Assembly: GCA_040376605.1 (NCBI GenBank)
Contig: JBEIQI010000003.1
Location: forward strand, 1-38,126
From: Flavobacteriales bacterium
GTDB lineage: Bacteria; Bacteroidota; Bacteroidia; CAIKAF01
Direction of reading: 5' to 3'
DNA length: 38,126 nt
The translations under genes were made by a program, and so were the position numbers. The notes under the pieces are model-generated. The model searched no databases. It was not told the origin of the DNA and was given only the letters and a program-made list of their open reading frames with translations. Numbering within the stretch: the first letter of the stretch is position 1; each line of letters begins with the position of its first letter. This document shows, in pieces, positions 36,979 through 38,126 of this stretch.

Positions 36979-37217
36979 TATTGACTGACTTTATTTTGGG
37001 TTATTTGATATAATTCGAGTAGCGTTTGTGAATTTCTAAAATCTTCATCGGTAAAACTAACCCCCCATTCATCATGTATTGCCACTGTTACAATTAGTGC
37101 TTGTAAAGACGACCAACCAGGTATTTGTTTAAATGCTGAGTTCATTGAAATAGATTTTCTGACGGCTTCTTCAAATTGCAGCTGCACTATTTCCAGAAAT
37201 CTTTGTTTATCAACCAT
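36978..37217 (-). CDS. Acyl carrier protein
   Basis: 79 aa from ATG 37217; WSSL phosphopantetheine-site motif; stop overlaps the fabH start. Confidence 0.75.
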   Translation of the reverse strand: MVDKQRFLEIVQLQFEEAVRKSISMNSAFKQIPGWSSLQALIVTVAIHDEWGVSFTDEDFRNSQTLLELYQITQNKVSQ

Positions 37218-37293
37218 TATGGTAAAATATAAATTAAAGATAATTAATTTAAGGTCAATCTCATATGTTGTCAATACTGATGCCTGATCTGCA

Positions 37294-38126
37294 TTAATTC
37301 TTAATCAACTTCAATAACCCGTCAGCCAATCGAATGGTATAAACACCTTTTGACAAAGAGGTAAAATCAACGGAAAAATAATTACCCTTCTCTACAGAAA
37401 CAACTGTTGATAAAACCACCCTTCCATACATGTCAATTACCTCCAAAGGGCTGTTCTCAAGTGATTTATCGAGCCGAATCATTGCATAATTCTCCACCGG
37501 ATTAGGAAATAATTCTATGCGCAAATCGCTTAGCATATTTTCGTTGCCAACATCGTGATTAACATTCCAACCTATATCTTCCAAAATAGCAATGGTTAAT
37601 GGGCCTGGAGTATGATGTTCCTCTGAGGTCCCAACATATGGCGTCATCAAAGTATTCGGATTACTGGCAGAAAAGGTTGATTCATTTAAATGTTGCATAC
37701 TTGAGCCCGATTCGTATGTGGTTGGAGCAAACAATCTAACAGGATTTCCACTATTTAAAACGACAGAAAGCGGTCCAGCAAAATATACCGCATTACTTTT
37801 AAACAGATCTCCTAAAATATTTGATGAATTAGGAAAAAGAATGGTATCCACAATAGATTGACCAGAGCCATTCTCCATAAAATGGGCAAAGATGGAATAT
37901 TTCGAATTTAATTCCGGAAATGGAAATGATGTAATCAAAGGTGCGATATCTGCGGGTGTAACTTCCCCAAAAGAACCCAACGTATCGCCTTCCAATTTTG
38001 CCAAAGACAAAAACCCCAGCCCATGGCCAATTTCATGCAACATGACCGTAACAAAATCATATTTGCCCAACGGACAATTACCATCCAATCCAAAATACCA
38101 ATTAGTTGAATTATCCATAAATATGT
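37294..38126 (-). CDS. T9SS-secreted zinc metallopeptidase (partial, runs off the right edge)
   Basis: HEIGHGLG, SSMQH, LMTP Met-turn-like motif; C-terminal domain LFPNP...DMYGR...SKGVY; frame open to the window end. Confidence 0.8.
   Translation of the reverse strand, partial: IFMDNSTNWYFGLDGNCPLGKYDFVTVMLHEIGHGLGFLSLAKLEGDTLGSFGEVTPADIAPLITSFPFPELNSKYSIFAHFMENGSGQSIVDTILFPNSSNILGDLFKSNAVYFAGPLSVVLNSGNPVRLFAPTTYESGSSMQHLNESTFSASNPNTLMTPYVGTSEEHHTPGPLTIAILEDIGWNVNHDVGNENMLSDLRIELFPNPVENYAMIRLDKSLENSPLEVIDMYGRVVLSTVVSVEKGNYFSVDFTSLSKGVYTIRLADGLLKLIKN

Overview
AT-rich, densely coding window, most likely from a Bacteroidota genome (two T9SS C-terminal-domain proteins, TAnnTTTG promoter elements, no obvious Shine-Dalgarno sites). 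It is a large cell-surface glycan/lipid biosynthesis and tailoring locus. It contains nucleotide-sugar enzymes (WecE-like aminotransferase, UDP-Glc/GDP-Man dehydrogenase, GDP-mannose 3,5-epimerase-like), several GT2/GT4 glycosyltransferases, a TMTC-like GT-C, an ACP/FabH/GNAT/GtrB acyl-sugar module, a UbiA prenyltransferase, an SGNH protein, an AsnB-like amide ligase and a Wzm/Wzt ABC exporter. The most striking feature is an expansion of PhyH-family Fe(II)/2-oxoglutarate dioxygenases (7 genes, 8 domains, plus a decayed 2OG oxygenase). Five of them lie in a tightly coupled tandem array between wzm and wzt, with a heme-c/copper-monooxygenase-like protein, a redoxin and a membrane-anchored methyltransferase. 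Each PhyH gene ends in a basic amphipathic tail, most resembling a MinD-type membrane-targeting sequence. At the left end a RetSat-like oxidoreductase sits between two paralogous membrane desaturases, one missed by the ORF track. No RNA genes, CRISPR arrays or mobile elements were recognised. All family calls come from motifs read by eye, not from database searches.
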